Below are positions 37,733-51,130 of a stretch of 61,905 nt of DNA, one piece after another (positions within the stretch are counted from its first letter, which is position 1; every line of letters starts with the position of its first letter). Source of the stretch: Neolecta irregularis DAH-3 (Eukaryota); the NCBI GenBank assembly GCA_001929475.1, contig LXFE01002252.1, forward strand, positions 1 to 61,905, written 5' to 3'. The notes under the pieces are model-generated. The model searched no databases. It worked only from the letters and a program-made list of their open reading frames with translations, and was not told the origin of the DNA. The translations under genes were made by a program, and so were the position numbers.

Positions 37733-38299
37733 GAGTTATATTTATTCAGTGGAGTGTCAATGTATAGGCGGAATATCAAAAGACCTGAAAAGTAAATCGA
37801 CCCTCACTTCCTTTCCCTTTTCTTGATTAAGCTGAATGATCATAATATCGCATGACAAGACGATTTCCGTTCATTGATCAACCAGCACCCGCCAGTCTAC
37901 CCTTCCCTTACGCTACACCTTTACGAAATTTCCCCCACTCCTTGGGAGCTCCAGCAGCTCCTGCGCCGCCGCCTGATGTCTTCTGAAATGGCATCGTTGT
38001 ATCACTGTTAGAGGCGCCTTGTTCCCAAGAAATCATGGTTGGAGCCACACCATCTACACCTGCAGTTCTGGTCAACGACGTGGTTCCGCAGACCACCAGC
38101 TAGTCAGAGTGCTTTTTTGTTGTAAATTTTTCATATCTATAGGTAGCCTATTAGATTGAAAAATTGTCATTTCTACCATGAAATGATGAAGTAGTATAAC
38201 ATTTATAACGCAGTAATATACAAATAGAAAAATAGGGGTAGCAATGTATCTGTGAATACATGATATGATCTCTCATGTAATAATCCTGCCAAACTTCCA

Positions 38300-39531
38300 T
38301 TACATGACCTTAACCTTCTTATCCGGAAGCATATCTTCCCCTTTTCTAGGCCTCTCTCGTAAAGGCCTGACATAACTTTGACATCTCCACCAAGGGATCT
38401 TCAAATATCCCATTTCATCTTTTTCTTCTTCGTCCCATACTTCACTGTCTTTTAGAACCTCGTCGATGCGCTGCGAAAGGATGTCAATGATTCCATAGTA
38501 CAAAGATATTTCTCGTCCCGGGGTTTTCCCTAGTCGGTTTCGGAGATCAATGTTCATAGTTTGAGAGAAAGCTGGTCGGAGGAGATGAAATAGATGAGCT
38601 TTAATGCCAGACATGCTCCCCGGGTCATCAAGTTCAGTTAGTATATCAAGATATGCTCTTGCCATAGAATCAACACGAGGATACCGATCTTCTTTCCTCT
38701 CACTCGAGACAAAAATCGCAGGGTTTGAAAGATTTGCTTCAGCAGACATTACGCCATCAGCTTGCGTTTTCTTGAGACATTCCTGCACATCTTCGGAATG
38801 CAGAATATTCCCATTCGCAAAAACAACGACATGCTCACCTAATCGTTCCTTGAGAAACCGAATAATTTCCCAATCGGCAATGCCACAAAACTGGCCCTTT
38901 TGTTCTCTCGTGCGACCATGAACGCTTAGAAATGCTGCTCCCGCGTCTAATATCATTTTGGCATATTGTAATGTCTTTTCTCTATCCGGGAAGACTCGAA
39001 TCTTTGTCGTAACGGGAATGAGCAAATTTTTATGCGCAGTGGATATTAAGGTCGATATCAATTCCCAGTCGTCTTGTAAAAAAGATCCATACCGACCCTT
39101 CCTCGCAATTCCCTGTGGGCAGCCGAGATTTAAATCAACTGCATCACAATCGCCCTCCACGATTTTGGCAGCGGCAAGAAAGTCTTTTGGATCGTTGGCG
39201 CAAAACTGAGTTTCTTTTAGTGGCTGGTTTGTTCAAAAAAAGATACCTGGACTATCAATGGTCGGTCATGTTGGTTCGTACTCCAGACTTCCCGACGATA
39301 TTTTTCTCCCGGCTTCCCTTCCTGGCTGAATAAGCGCGCATGGAACATAGGCGTAAAGCACATTTCCCCTCCATGGCGTCTCGATAGAACCCTCCAAGCC
39401 TAGTCTATCAGCCGTGGCAAGGACGCAAGTAAAACGAGTTCAGATTGATCGACCATCGGTGCAACGATCTTTTTTGGACAGCCTAGCCTTTCGTAAAATT
39501 CCCGGCCGGTGAGCTTTGTAGCTGGAGACAT
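38300..39531 (-). CDS. DUS1: tRNA-dihydrouridine(16/17) synthase
   Basis: KLTGREFYE..IVAPMVDQSEL, QFCANDP, DLNLGCPQGIARKGRYGSFL, VHGRTREQKG, PWWRCQSY. Confidence 0.95.
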
Positions 39532-40403
39532 CTTCAGGAGAAAACAAAAGAGTGGTGCAGTATATCGGACTTTCGCTTCTAGATTATGGTGGAGATCTTG
39601 GGAATAAACTTGCGACGAGCACTTGATGGTAAGTTCTGAACTCCATGGTCAAAACACTATTTCACAATTTCTGTCTCTTCCTGCGCTCCGATTTCAGCGA
39701 TTTTGGATTCGTTGGAAAGCCCTCGTCGAGGCGCATTTGCCATGTTACTTGCGACAGGCTGATGACTAACTGACACAGTCTCTGCCACAGCCAGGATTTG
39801 TTGAGATTGTTATCCTATGACCAGGAAAGCATCATTCGTGTCAAAGTCGGGGAAAAATGGAATAAGCACTCGCACCTCGTTTCATATATTTATTTGTAGC
39901 GGAGATATGCTAATTTCCGGTCTACAGTCGAATTATTCGATCTGCTAGCTCACGAATTGATTTTATTTTTATTCAGGGAAAGGGGAAAGTGGCCTTGGCC
40001 GGCGGGTCGTTCAAAGACGTCTAGTCGAGATAAGGCATCGTTGCAGCAAGCAAATTTCCTGTTGTATGTGATTGGTTCGTAGATAGATCCGGAAAAACTG
40101 CGTATACTATATCGAGGAATATATCCTGTCAAGACAATCTGGCCGACCTTTTTTCCGGGGAAGAGTGACGTTGCATGCCATGCCACTCTCTGAGCATGTT
40201 GATCTCAGACGAATGGCTTTATTATAACCGTGGTGTTAATTTCCACTAATGCAATTGGACAGGGGTCTATGGAACTGGGTTTTGTTTAGCATCGAAGATA
40301 ACTGGTGAATGAACTTTGCCAACCGCGCAGTTAATTTAGACCACTGCACTTACCCCGCTCTCTACAAAACCTTGCTTCGCCACCCAAACGCGCCTCTTTC
40401 AAT

Positions 40404-41225
40404 ATGGCTCAGCTACAACTTCCATCAAACGTAAGGCTCAGCTCTCATCCTCTGCTACAATCAAAACTTTCCGCACTGAGAGACTCCAAAACCACGAGCG
40501 AACTCACACGTCTTTTGACAAGTCAGATTTCTACGCTGTTGGCTGTCGAGGCCACAAAGGATAACTTGTCTGCCAGACGAGATGGAATGGTAGCCTCGCT
40601 TTAGGTGTTTATTGATCAGCCGTTCTAGGCGGAAAGTCATTTGGGGGAACCCTACAACACTTTATCAATCGCACCAGCTCGATTGGCAGTTATGCCTGTT
40701 CTACGGGCTGGACTAGGAATGACTGATGGTACATCTATTCTCCTCTGTCCGTTGCCAATCTTGGAGCTTTCATGAATCTTCTCCCTGTGGAGACAACAGT
40801 GCACCATATTGGCCTCTTTCGAGAGAGGGTTTCATTACAACCAGTCGAATATTACAACAAACTACCTCAATCAGATGGCATGACGAAAATGATGGACATT
40901 GTGTTTGTTCTTGATCCTGTTATAGCTACTGGTGGAACGGCTGGCGCTACTATTCAAATCCTCAAGTTTGTTGCTTGGACCATGAGACATACTGATTTCC
41001 AGGGAATGGGGAGTTGGAAAGATTGTTTTTTGTTCTATCCTGGCTAGCGCGGATGGCATTCAAAGAGCTGCAAATGAGTGGCCCGAAGGGACCGAATTCT
41101 TCTTGGGGGGAGTTGATGCAGATTTGAACTTCAAGGGATATATCATTCCCGGGTATGCCACTCTTATTGAACTTTTTAATTCCGACAGGGTTGGCGACCT
41201 TGGAGATCGTCTGAACAATACTTAA
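40404..41225 (+). CDS. uracil phosphoribosyltransferase family protein
   Basis: SHPLLQSKLSALRD, PVLRAGLGM, HIGLFRE..PVEYYNKLP, LDPVIATGGT, GYIIPGVGDLGDRL. Confidence 0.92.
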
Positions 41226-41673
41226 CAGTAGCCGCAATTCCTCCTTGAACATGTGATAATCATTGGCAGATATTCCCAAATGTACATTTGACGAATAGGT
41301 AAACGTTATAGATAAACTTGTTTTCGCTCATTAAACTGAGCGTTGTAAAATCACCAAGCGTGGCCACGAGCGCATAGGACATGTGACAATGTTATCGGTA
41401 CCAAGACAATGTCCCAAGCCCCTTTTATGGCATGATATTTCTTGAACCTCTTCCAACACCTTGTTTGAGGCAGGGAAACTGCTTAAAACCATCAGCCAAG
41501 GTCAGATGAACTGTTATCGGCCCTTCAGATGTTTGCGAGTTATCGAGTCTCTCGAAACGTAGTCTTTCAGGAAAGGCATATAACCTACGGAGAATGAATA
41601 AATCTGAAATTGTTTACTGGGGCAAGATATCAACCACATTCCCAAAAACTTTACAACTGCCGTCTCCCAAATA

Positions 41674-43653
41674 CTATGACAAAGGTTTTGAATCAACAGC
41701 TTCCTGAATCCTATCAAGGACGGCGATCATTAATTCCGCGTTTGTTTTAAGCTCCTATGTGATGAAACGAATAACCATCACAGTGAAATATACCTCGTCC
41801 GATGCCTCGACCTTCATCCACGCTTGCAGGCGTTCCCGTAAAGGCCCTGTCCACTTCTCGTGGACTTCTAAAGTAATCTCTTCATCCTTTGTTACATCCT
41901 CGTAATTCCTCAAAAGCAAAAACAGCCATAAATTCAAACTCGCCATTAGGACGGAGTAATCGTTCTTCAGCTCATCTATGTCTTGAGGAACTTTCATTAG
42001 TTCTTTTTCAATGCCGTAGACATAGAGCGGCGAGACTTCATACTGGATAATTTCGTCTTTGAGTAGAGGTATTGTAAATGCCTTCACAGCATCAATAGGG
42101 CAGTGAAGGATGGTGTCGCGAATATAGCTTAACCGAAAATCATGAGTATGCCGCTGTAGCAGAGACTTGATCAGACGGGAGAGAATGATGCGATGTTGAG
42201 GATTTGGTATAGTTGCTGAGAGAGCCAACAGAGGCTTGAAAGTTAACCTTAAATATCTTATCAAGTGAAGTTCATACATGTATATACTTTGCAAATTCAA
42301 CTTCGTTGATCGAAGATAAATCTTGAATGTACTCTGTTAGGTGTAAACCCAAAGTAATGATAGCCTCAATAACTGTGTCGAAGGTTGTAGGCAAGAAACG
42401 ATGGGCAATGTCCATATGATGTTTAAATAACACGAGAGGATCGATTAGAGCTGGTCTAAACCGGTATACATGCGCTCCAAGAAGGATGAGACATCCTTTC
42501 GGTGATAGCTCGATGTCTTCTTCTGATGAGGGTGGGCTAGCGTCCTCACTTGCTTCATCTTCGTCGTCTTGGGCTGAATATTAGTGTATTCAAATGACTA
42601 CCATTTGTACGAGGAACTTCAAAATCTGCACAAGTCCAGAACCTATCGATGTCAAGTCGCGAGAGCTCTGCTAGATTCTATACGATCAAAAAGGTGCGCC
42701 GCGTACAATACATGCCAATAATTTATCCATTATGGCTTGCCTCGCAGCATTCATATTCTGCGATTTCTGACCGCACATCAGGAACTTTTCATTCTTTTCC
42801 CTAAAGATTTCTTCTGCCCATGGAAGAGAGTCAGTTCGCATATAGACATCGGCAAGATATGTGATAAATGAGTGTAATATCTTCCGTTGAACCCTCTGAT
42901 CTTCATCATCCTGCACTATTCCAGCCAATGGTTTAATGGAAGTTTCGAGAAAGTCGACAAGAACCGAAACCACATCCAAGGAATTCGAATCACTTTGGGT
43001 AAAGGCAGAAAGCAAGCAGATTGCATAAGCAGACAAAAAGCGAGATGGAAACCGTGCAATGATCTTATCGTAAGCTGCAAGATCAACAAATGCACCATTG
43101 CAAGAATGTTACAGCGTCTGAGTAACTTGGAAAGATGAACAAACTGCAATATGGTCTTTTCCAGGTCTCTTGGTGCTACGCAACGGTCACTACCAGTCGT
43201 ACCTTCCGATTCCCACTCAATGCAACCGATTGCCTCGATACATTTCAACTGAACTTCCTTGGCATTCCCGTTCTCGGCAAATAACATCAAAAGACGATCT
43301 GCTTCTTCGATGGTAGCCTTGTTGCGCAAATATGGTGATACTAGACCGACCAAGTCCCAGGCGATATGCTTAGTGAGTTCATGCTGCCATCAGTTTATGT
43401 TGCAAAATTCAGCCAGCGATACGTTTTGGTCAAGTACTTCGTAAAGGCACAATAGCAATTCTTTTGACTCGGTTTCAGTAAAAAGATCCGGATCGCATAA
43501 ATGTAAATCGAGAACAGTTGAATAAGAAATATAGTCATCAGAAGTGGGGTTCTATTCTACTTAGTCTGTGTTCTTTGTGCTAGTGAATACGATTCCTAAA
43601 ATATTCACAGCATTCTTGATCGCATTTTTCGCGTCGTTAAAACGTTTCAGCAT
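41674..43653 (-). CDS. Ybp1/Alf4/glomulin-family protein
   Basis: YISYSTVLDLHL, IAWDLVGL, FAENGNAKEV, IRDTILHCP..LLKDEI, ASLNLWLFL. Confidence 0.72.
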
Positions 43654-44053
43654 AACTGCGGTGGTGATTACGTTGGTACGGAGATTGAAGCAGGAAGAGA
43701 AATTAGGGTTTGCTGCAATCTTCCGGGGCGTCCCGATAAGCGCGAAGCAAGCATTTCCTTTGAAGCAAGTGGTTAATTCAAATGAATCGCACGTACAATT
43801 TCGCTTAAACGCGCGAATTCTATATCGATAGCTAGTAGGGGACAACTCCAAGACTGAGCTACCACAGCATATAATTCTATGGGAACGCATGCAAGCTCAT
43901 CCAGGTCTGAATTGCTTTCTTATATCTCTTAAAAAAGAAAAATATCAATTGGATTTTTCATGCATTCTGTGATGTATGTATGGAGATTTGAGCGACCTCC
44001 AAGTATTAAGCATACCAAACGAATCGACGCCCAGTCCAAAAGTAGCCATCGTA

Positions 44054-47000
44054 ATGCCCCAAAAGAAGAATTCTGCACGAATACAGGAGTCGCCGAAATC
44101 ATCACCTTCCCGAAGACGAAGCGGCAGAATTAAAAAAGCTGTGGAGGAGTTTGACCCAACACCCTCCTCGGTACGGAAACGCAAGCGACCAAGAAGCGAA
44201 GACTCTGAAGAACTTGAATCCCAGGGTGACCGTGAACCTGGAGGTAAGGAAGTGCATTTGGAAGACGATGAGCAGGATGAGGATGATGAAAAGGACAGAA
44301 TGAGTGATTACGGGCAGTCCAACAAGGCTTCTAAGAAAGTTCAAGTATCAAGAAAAGCCAACCCCGGCAAGCCTAGAGGCCGCAAGGCAGCTAAATCGAA
44401 AAAATCTTCAAATATTGATGAAGAAGACGAGGATTCGATAAAAAGTAATCTATTTGGTACGGTTTAACTCAAACGTAAGTATTAATTCTATAAAAGAGGC
44501 CATAAAAGATCCAGATGCTGCTATCGAAAGTGTGGTTGCGGATTGGCTAGATGATTATCAAAATGATCCGCAAGCCTCACTCAAGGAATTCGTTAATTTC
44601 GTGTTAAAAACTGCGGGCAGCACGAATGGGGTGACCAATTTTGATATTGAAGACGAAGAGACCATTCCCGAGACACTCAATCAAATTCAGCACCGTATGG
44701 AGGAAAAGGTATGAGTCATAAGAAAGCCAGGCTTCTAATCAACCCAGAATTTGGGCACAGAGTATCCTCTCGTTTCCAAAAAAGTGGATCTCAAGAATTT
44801 TCGTAGAGCATTGTGTGAATTTATCAAACGATTCGTAAATGCAGCTGCTGATCGCGATTTTCTATATGACGGAGTACTCATTGAATCAATTGATATCTGG
44901 ATATCGCCATTATCATCTAGCACCTACCGACCCTTTCGGTCTACCTCTACGATAATCGCTCTACATATTGTCACGTGCCTATGTGATGTCTACATTAAAG
45001 TTGAAAAGGAGCACGCGATGGCGATGAGACAATTAGAAGCAGAGACTAAAAAATCCAGATTACATTCTACCAAAAGAAAAGCTATTGATGAAAAAATAGA
45101 GAGCTGTTCAAATAAAGAGGAAACCATTAAGATTACCATCACCAATTTCTTTGATAGGTATAAAAGGTAACGAGGACTTTACTAATTTCGTGAAAAGCGT
45201 TTTCATTCATCGATACCGAGATGTCGATGCGAAAATCCGAATGGAATGTGTCCACGAACTTGGAAGTTGGATGCTTAAACTTCCCTCGATATTCTTTGAA
45301 AGCTCATACCTACGATATCTAGGCTGGGTACTCTCCGATACTGTATTAATTTTCTTTGTTACCATGGTTTATAATAATAGCATGCACCAGCTCGTCATGA
45401 AGTTATTCGAACCTTGACAAAATTATACGAAGATGACAGTTGCACTATTTCCATACGGCATTTCACTGAAAAGTTCAAAACGCGATTGTTTGAGATGGCT
45501 GCAAAAGACGCTGATCTCTCGGTTCGGACGGCCAGTACATCGCTGTTGAATCAAATCCGTCTACGAGGATTCTTTGAGCAAGAAGAAATCCAAGATATCT
45601 GCAAATTGCTATTTGATTCCGAGAGACGAGTTCGCCATGCCCTAGGACCTTTTATTGCTGGTATCGTGGAAGAGGAGTATACCGAGACAATTCAAGAGAT
45701 GGGAGTTGACGTAGAGACGTTTGAAAAGCATTTGGAAACTGAAGAAGTCCAAGTTTCATGGATCAGATTGAAATGTCTCGTTGACATACTTATCAAATAC
45801 AATGCAGTTAGTCAGGAGAAAGACAACGTGGACACGTCGTATTCCAGGATTTACATTGCGGCCTTGAGTCTTTGTGAAGCCATCGCTACGCTTGAAGTAA
45901 AAGGGCCTCACTACTATAAAACTTATCGTTAGGATTGGGAGGCAGTGGCAGCTTATTTATTATACGATTCGTCGATTCCAGAGGACGATATCGACGATTC
46001 ATTGGGTACTAGAGTGAAAAAGGCAATTCAGTTGAACAAAGACGAAGAACAAGTTCTTTTGAGGATTTTTAATGCTTGCGTATTTACCGCTATACAAACA
46101 CCAGAACAATTTACTAAACGTACCACTCGAAAAAAGAAAAAGGTTTGTCTTTCCGTATCAGGTTTCTGAGAATCAAAGCCCAGACTGGATGTTTCATCAG
46201 ACTCGCAAGAGGCAATATCTCGATCACTGGTATCCCTGATTCCTAAGCTGTTGCAAAAGTTCTCATCCATACCGTCGACCGCAGCCGACGTGTTACGGCT
46301 CGAACAATTGATGAAGCTAGATATTTATCAGCAACTACGACAAACCCCCGCTTATGAACAGTTGTTGGAAGATATCGGGAAGCAAATGATGAAACACACA
46401 GATTCAGAGGTTCTTACAGAGGCTGCGGGTGCTTTGCTTTATGCCCAAAGTTTTGAGAGTCTACAAAGTTCGACTATTGCCAAAGTCGGGGAAATTCAAG
46501 ATGAAGCTGTTGAGGAGCTGCTGCTGGTTGCAGAGGGCAGGGTATGCTGTAAATGTGCCCAAATTTAGTCTAATTTGAGTAGAGATTGGCTAAAGATTCT
46601 CTTGATCCTCAAACCCAGCAAGAATTAACGATTCGGGTTTTAAGAATCGAGTGTCTGGCAAGTGTGACAGATCCTATCTCTGCGCTTGAGAGTTCTCACG
46701 CTAAATTCAACGGGAACGGGATTGGCGTTATCTGTGATTTGATCGAGAGGGGAAGATTCAACTCCGATGAAGACGAAGCGCCTGTACAAAGGCTATTCAT
46801 GGAATCTTATTAATGGGTAGATTATAGTTCATGCTATTAAAGCTTTCCGATGGTATTTCCTATGGAAGCTGCAGAGACTCGTAACAACTCCACAAGATTT
46901 TGATATTCGGAAAATCGAGGAAATGCAATCGCGGAGAGATAGCGTTGTTGAATGTCTTGTTGGAAACATTGTCGAGTGTACAAGGAAAGATGTCGTCTTT

Positions 47001-47557
47001 GAGGTACGTTGCCATGTTTTTTCAATAGGACAACTCAAAGTATAGTCAACATTGCTTCTTGTTGATCTTTACACCATGTTTTCAAGTCTCAAAAGTTTAG
47101 ACAACGACAATCTGAAAAATTTTGATTTCAAGATATCATCGGAGAAAAGTAAACTGATTCTGAATCTTTTGAGGGAAGAAATGCGGGAATGTGCAAAGCT
47201 TTCCGGGCAGGAACTTGATCTCGAGGTAGCTTCTATTTCCCAAGATTCTGATAACCTTCACGATGAGAATAGTAGCAAAGGTATTACTCTCTCAACGGGA
47301 AAATGTATTAATTTTGAGAATCAGCAAAGCAGCAGCTCAAAATCGACACCGAGAAACGTTTGTCTGAAATCACTGGAAAAATCGTACTTGCTATTCTCTC
47401 AGGATCGTTCCACAATGTATTTCAAGAGCAGCTTGTTGCCCAGAAAGGAAAACTTGGCCCTAGTTACGATAGGATTATTAGTGAACTCGAACAACCGAGG
47501 GTCACCCTGGGAAAGAGGGGTACAAAGGGAAATCTTGAAGAGGCAGTTGCCATATAA
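44054..47557 (+). CDS. psc3: cohesin subunit Scc3/Psc3 (STAG family)
   Basis: LSSSTYRPFRSTST, VFIHRYRDVDAKIRMECVHELGSW, YLRYLGWVLSD, FTEKFKTRLFEMA. Confidence 0.92.
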
Positions 47558-47960
47558 TGATGAACAATTATGATGATGAGATTCTTGGTAACTCTTTTGA
47601 CTCGAATTTAGTTGGTGTTTGGCATTTGCTGTATGTATAAGTTTTGTCCTTGCGAGATCTTAATAATTAACTTGTTAATAAAAGTCAAGATAGGGTAGTT
47701 GATGTTTCTCTGATTTGCTAGCTCTGCCTGTTTTGAATTTGAACTAGGAGTGATTACCAGGTCTAGGTCGATAAAAACGTCCGTAGACTATCTGAGCAAT
47801 GGTTACTTGAGTAGATATAATTTAGATGTTTTGGAACAATTGAGATACAAATGTCTATAACATTTCATACCGAGAATTCACATAAGCCGAGGGGCCAATT
47901 AAAAAGGCGGTATAGTTGGATGCAACAAGAAATTTGTTCTGCTTGTAATTGTAATCCAAG

Positions 47961-49016
47961 TCAGACAAGATCTGTGCTTTGCAGTTCATCAAAGGATCGA
48001 ATTTGAGAGTTTGGATTGATGGGGAAACAAAGGCCATCGCCGAGGCTAGTAGTTAGACTGGACAAGTGGGAAATATACGAATTACGGATGGGGAGGAACC
48101 ACAAGAGCGGACAGGGGCCCATTACTTGGCGCCAGTTTTCGCTGTAGCCGAGGTCAAAGGGATTCGAGAGCGAGGTGGGATGTTTTGTGCGGATGCGTTC
48201 GAGGGATTCAATTGTTGTGAGGTTGCGCAGGACGAGACTTGTGATGAACTTTGGAGGAAGGAGAGTAGAGGTACCTAAAGTGCCAGAGGGAAAAAGCAGC
48301 GATGGCCAGACCGGCGGCTGCAGCGAGGACGCACTGGATGAGAGGCTGGAACGGAACATATTCGAGTGGCTGGATGTGATTATGGGGCGTTTCATTGCGG
48401 GTGTGGCGTACCGAAGATTGGCGGAGAGAGGGCAGCAGGACATGGAGGCTAGATGCGAATGCGACCAGACAAAACAGGGCCGTGTAAAGGAGGAACAGCA
48501 GAAACACCTTGTAGTTGCTGAAGCCGACGCAGGTGCCTAGCCAGGGGCAGTGGTGGTCCATTTCTGGGTGGTTAGGAGACAATACTGGGTTCTGATACTC
48601 AGGACACAGATATTGCATGCGGCACAGTGGTGTGTGCGGTCAGGCTGGACATGTCAACCGCATCAGACGGATAAACAGACCTTGGGAGCATTGCACTTGC
48701 GGCAGAATCGGGCGCTGCCGTCGTGTTTGGTAGTGATGGGTGCAATCAGAGTATAGGCCAGGGTAGGAACAGATTTGCGGGCATAGACTGCGTACAGGTA
48801 GCTGCAAAGTGCGAGAATGTATAACAGTACTGCCAGCAGCAACAGCGATATGCCTGTGCAGTCAGCGAGTCAAAAGTGTAGTGCATCTGTACCTGCAATA
48901 GGCGATTGCAGCACCGGACGCACTAATGCCACATGCACATACAGTGCCCAGGTCATGAGCGAGCAATAGATTGTGACTGGAATCACAGCAGCAATTATGC
49001 AGCACCAGCGCTCCAT
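47961..49016 (-). CDS. PFA3: DHHC palmitoyltransferase Pfa3-like
   Basis: RFCRKC, PDRTHHCAAC, MDHHCPWLGTCVGFSNYKVF, NLTTIES, NPFDLGYSENW, GDGLCFP. Confidence 0.88.
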
Positions 49017-49368
49017 AGAGTAGCCACCTTTCACAATCCAATCGTATCGATATTCAGATCGTACAGTTCGAGTTACTTGTCACCTGATTGAGAGCCACGT
49101 AGCATAATACATCAACACTGGCCCTCTCGTGTTGATTCAGTGTTGAGGTGATGATAATCTATCTGTGGTGGTTGATGGGAAATCTATTGAGATAAGCCAC
49201 CCTAACCTGTTGCAAGATGGATCAATCTCTACTAATGTGTCGCAACAGAACCAGGTTCACTCAAGAATATCAATGGAAATCAATTAGATATCAATCGGAA
49301 TATCAATTAGGCAACCAGTTAGACAGTCAATTGGAGGCTCCGAGTACAAATAAGATGGGATTATATTT

Positions 49369-49436
49369 CCTAATCTAAGTTAAGTAGATCTTAGAGCTTT
49401 GCATACCTAATCTAAGTTATGTAGACCTTAGAGCTT
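49369..49436. repeat. 31-bp direct duplication (2 mismatches)
   Basis: cctaatctaagtta[a/t]gtaga[t/c]cttagagctt at 49369 and 49406. Confidence 0.85.
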
Positions 49437-49540
49437 AAATTAGATATACCTCACTTGCCTTTATATACCCTATCTAAATTGCCCTTATATTAATCTACGC
49501 CGTCCGATGGGCCGATGGGCCGGGCTTTTATATTGGCCCG

Positions 49541-49564
49541 GCCCATGGCCCGTCCCCAACACTG
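49541..49564 (-). mobile_element. hAT-like terminal inverted repeat remnant with GGGCC-rich subterminal repeats
   Basis: Reverse complement cagtgttggggacgggccatgggc; gatgggcc repeats and gggccgggc/gcccggccc palindrome at 49506-49544. Confidence 0.55.
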
Positions 49565-49803
49565 CTACAACTACGAACTCCCTACAAACCTTGAGCTATA
49601 ACCTGCGTGTGGCACGTGCGATAATCCGATGGTGGAAAAATGAGACATAAAACTAAAGCCCAATGATTCTAACGGTGTTTGGTTCAGTGGCTGTGAATCA
49701 TCAGAGGAAAATATTCGCCGGATCCGCTGAGATCCAAGACTGTCTGTACATATAAGAGGGTCGCCTTTCTGCTTTTTTCAGTCCTCGTCTACATCCTCTA
49801 AAC

Positions 49804-50961
49804 ATGTTGTCAACACCGTTTATTCTTTTCCTTGGAATCGCTGCTGTTTCGCCAATGTTCAGCCCTCCGCGTGCTTCCGAAGAAAGCCAGAGCCCCCAGG
49901 TTACTCAGCGACCCCAAATGACTCAGGGTCCGGAGGTTACCCCAACGGCTTATCCCTTCTACTCCGGTGACGACGATGAGTACTATGGGATGACAGATAA
50001 CATGGTCGAAGAGACTGAGCATCCAGAGGATAGTCCAAGAGCTTCTCGCCAATATTTCGGTCACAATTATGCAGAAAATGAGAAGGCAAAGAAGGCTTAT
50101 GCAGCAGAATTGAAGATCAAGAAATTCCAAGATTGGCTTGCCAGCGTTCCCTCATGGATAGATGAGTTCTGGAGTGCCAATCTAGACGACGATGCGAACT
50201 TTCAAAAGGCTAAGCCTGTAATCGCTACACTTTGGAATACAATTCAGCAGTTTAATTTGCCTTTTAACGACCACCTTATGGATTACGACCTTGATGCATA
50301 TGGCAATCTGGTGGGCCTTGTCCGCAATTCTCTGGAGGACGTTGGTGTTTGGACTTCTACCATCGAAATCCATGACGTTTTCACTGAATACGTCCTTATG
50401 GGACGCCATTTTAATCACGGAATTTTCGATCTAGATCTTCTTGAGCATTGTTTTGTCCATATAATTGCTGCCTCGGAAGCGAAAAGACAAATTTATATAT
50501 CAGACCAATCTGGCGATGAAGATGATGATGAGATTGCTAAATTCACTAACGAAGAGTTCGAAATCGTGGGCAAGGCCATAGAAGATTGGCAACAATCATC
50601 GGATTCGACTTTAAGCAGCACCCAGCCTGAAAAACTCATGTCTGGAATCATCCAATTATGGAGGATGATGGCTAGCCGTGTTAATCTCCATGCCGAATAC
50701 AATAATGCCCCTGATGGACGCTCTGAGGAATACTCCAACCTCGTGCACCGTTTCTTGCGTTGTGGAAGACAAATGGGGTTTTGGATGGATACCGATAATG
50801 CTGATGAATTCTTCTTCACATTCTTATTTTCAACCAACCAAATGGATGCCACGGATGTTAATCTAGAATATTTTGCGAGATTCTTCTTCAAAGAACTTGA
50901 ATCCAGGAAAGCAGAACGCAAAATTTATGAAGGGTCTGAAACGGATGAATCAAGTATGTGA
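49804..50961 (+). CDS. intronless orphan, predicted secreted acidic protein with two tandem homologous domains
   Basis: 385-aa ORF, hydrophobic N-terminus, TATA-like atataag near 49750, no family recognised. Confidence 0.8.
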   Translation: MLSTPFILFLGIAAVSPMFSPPRASEESQSPQVTQRPQMTQGPEVTPTAYPFYSGDDDEYYGMTDNMVEETEHPEDSPRASRQYFGHNYAENEKAKKAYAAELKIKKFQDWLASVPSWIDEFWSANLDDDANFQKAKPVIATLWNTIQQFNLPFNDHLMDYDLDAYGNLVGLVRNSLEDVGVWTSTIEIHDVFTEYVLMGRHFNHGIFDLDLLEHCFVHIIAASEAKRQIYISDQSGDEDDDEIAKFTNEEFEIVGKAIEDWQQSSDSTLSSTQPEKLMSGIIQLWRMMASRVNLHAEYNNAPDGRSEEYSNLVHRFLRCGRQMGFWMDTDNADEFFFTFLFSTNQMDATDVNLEYFARFFFKELESRKAERKIYEGSETDESSM

Positions 50962-51106
50962 GACTGTGTATGTACAATGAGATATATTTTAGTTGAAATA
51001 TAAAAAAATAAAAAAAGCCGGAAAAAGAAAAAAAGATGTCACAAGCAGGTTGTAGCTTAAGGTTTATCCCCACATAAATCTGTAGGGCCGCCTTGCCAGC
51101 AATGGC

Positions 51107-51130
51107 CAGTGTTGCGGATGGACCATGGAC
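51107..51130 (+). mobile_element. hAT-like terminal inverted repeat remnant
   Basis: cagtgttgcggatggaccatggac, 20/24 identical to the reverse complement of 49541-49564. Confidence 0.55.

Noticed and set aside
37884..38300. Telomerase RNA (CR4/5-like junction)
   Set aside because: No telomeric template or pseudoknot found, and the interval is short for a fungal telomerase RNA
49138..49564. Complete MITE from CAGTGTTG at 49138 to CAACACTG at 49564
   Set aside because: Ends match for only about 8 bp and the flanks (tgttgatt versus ctacaact) show no target-site duplication
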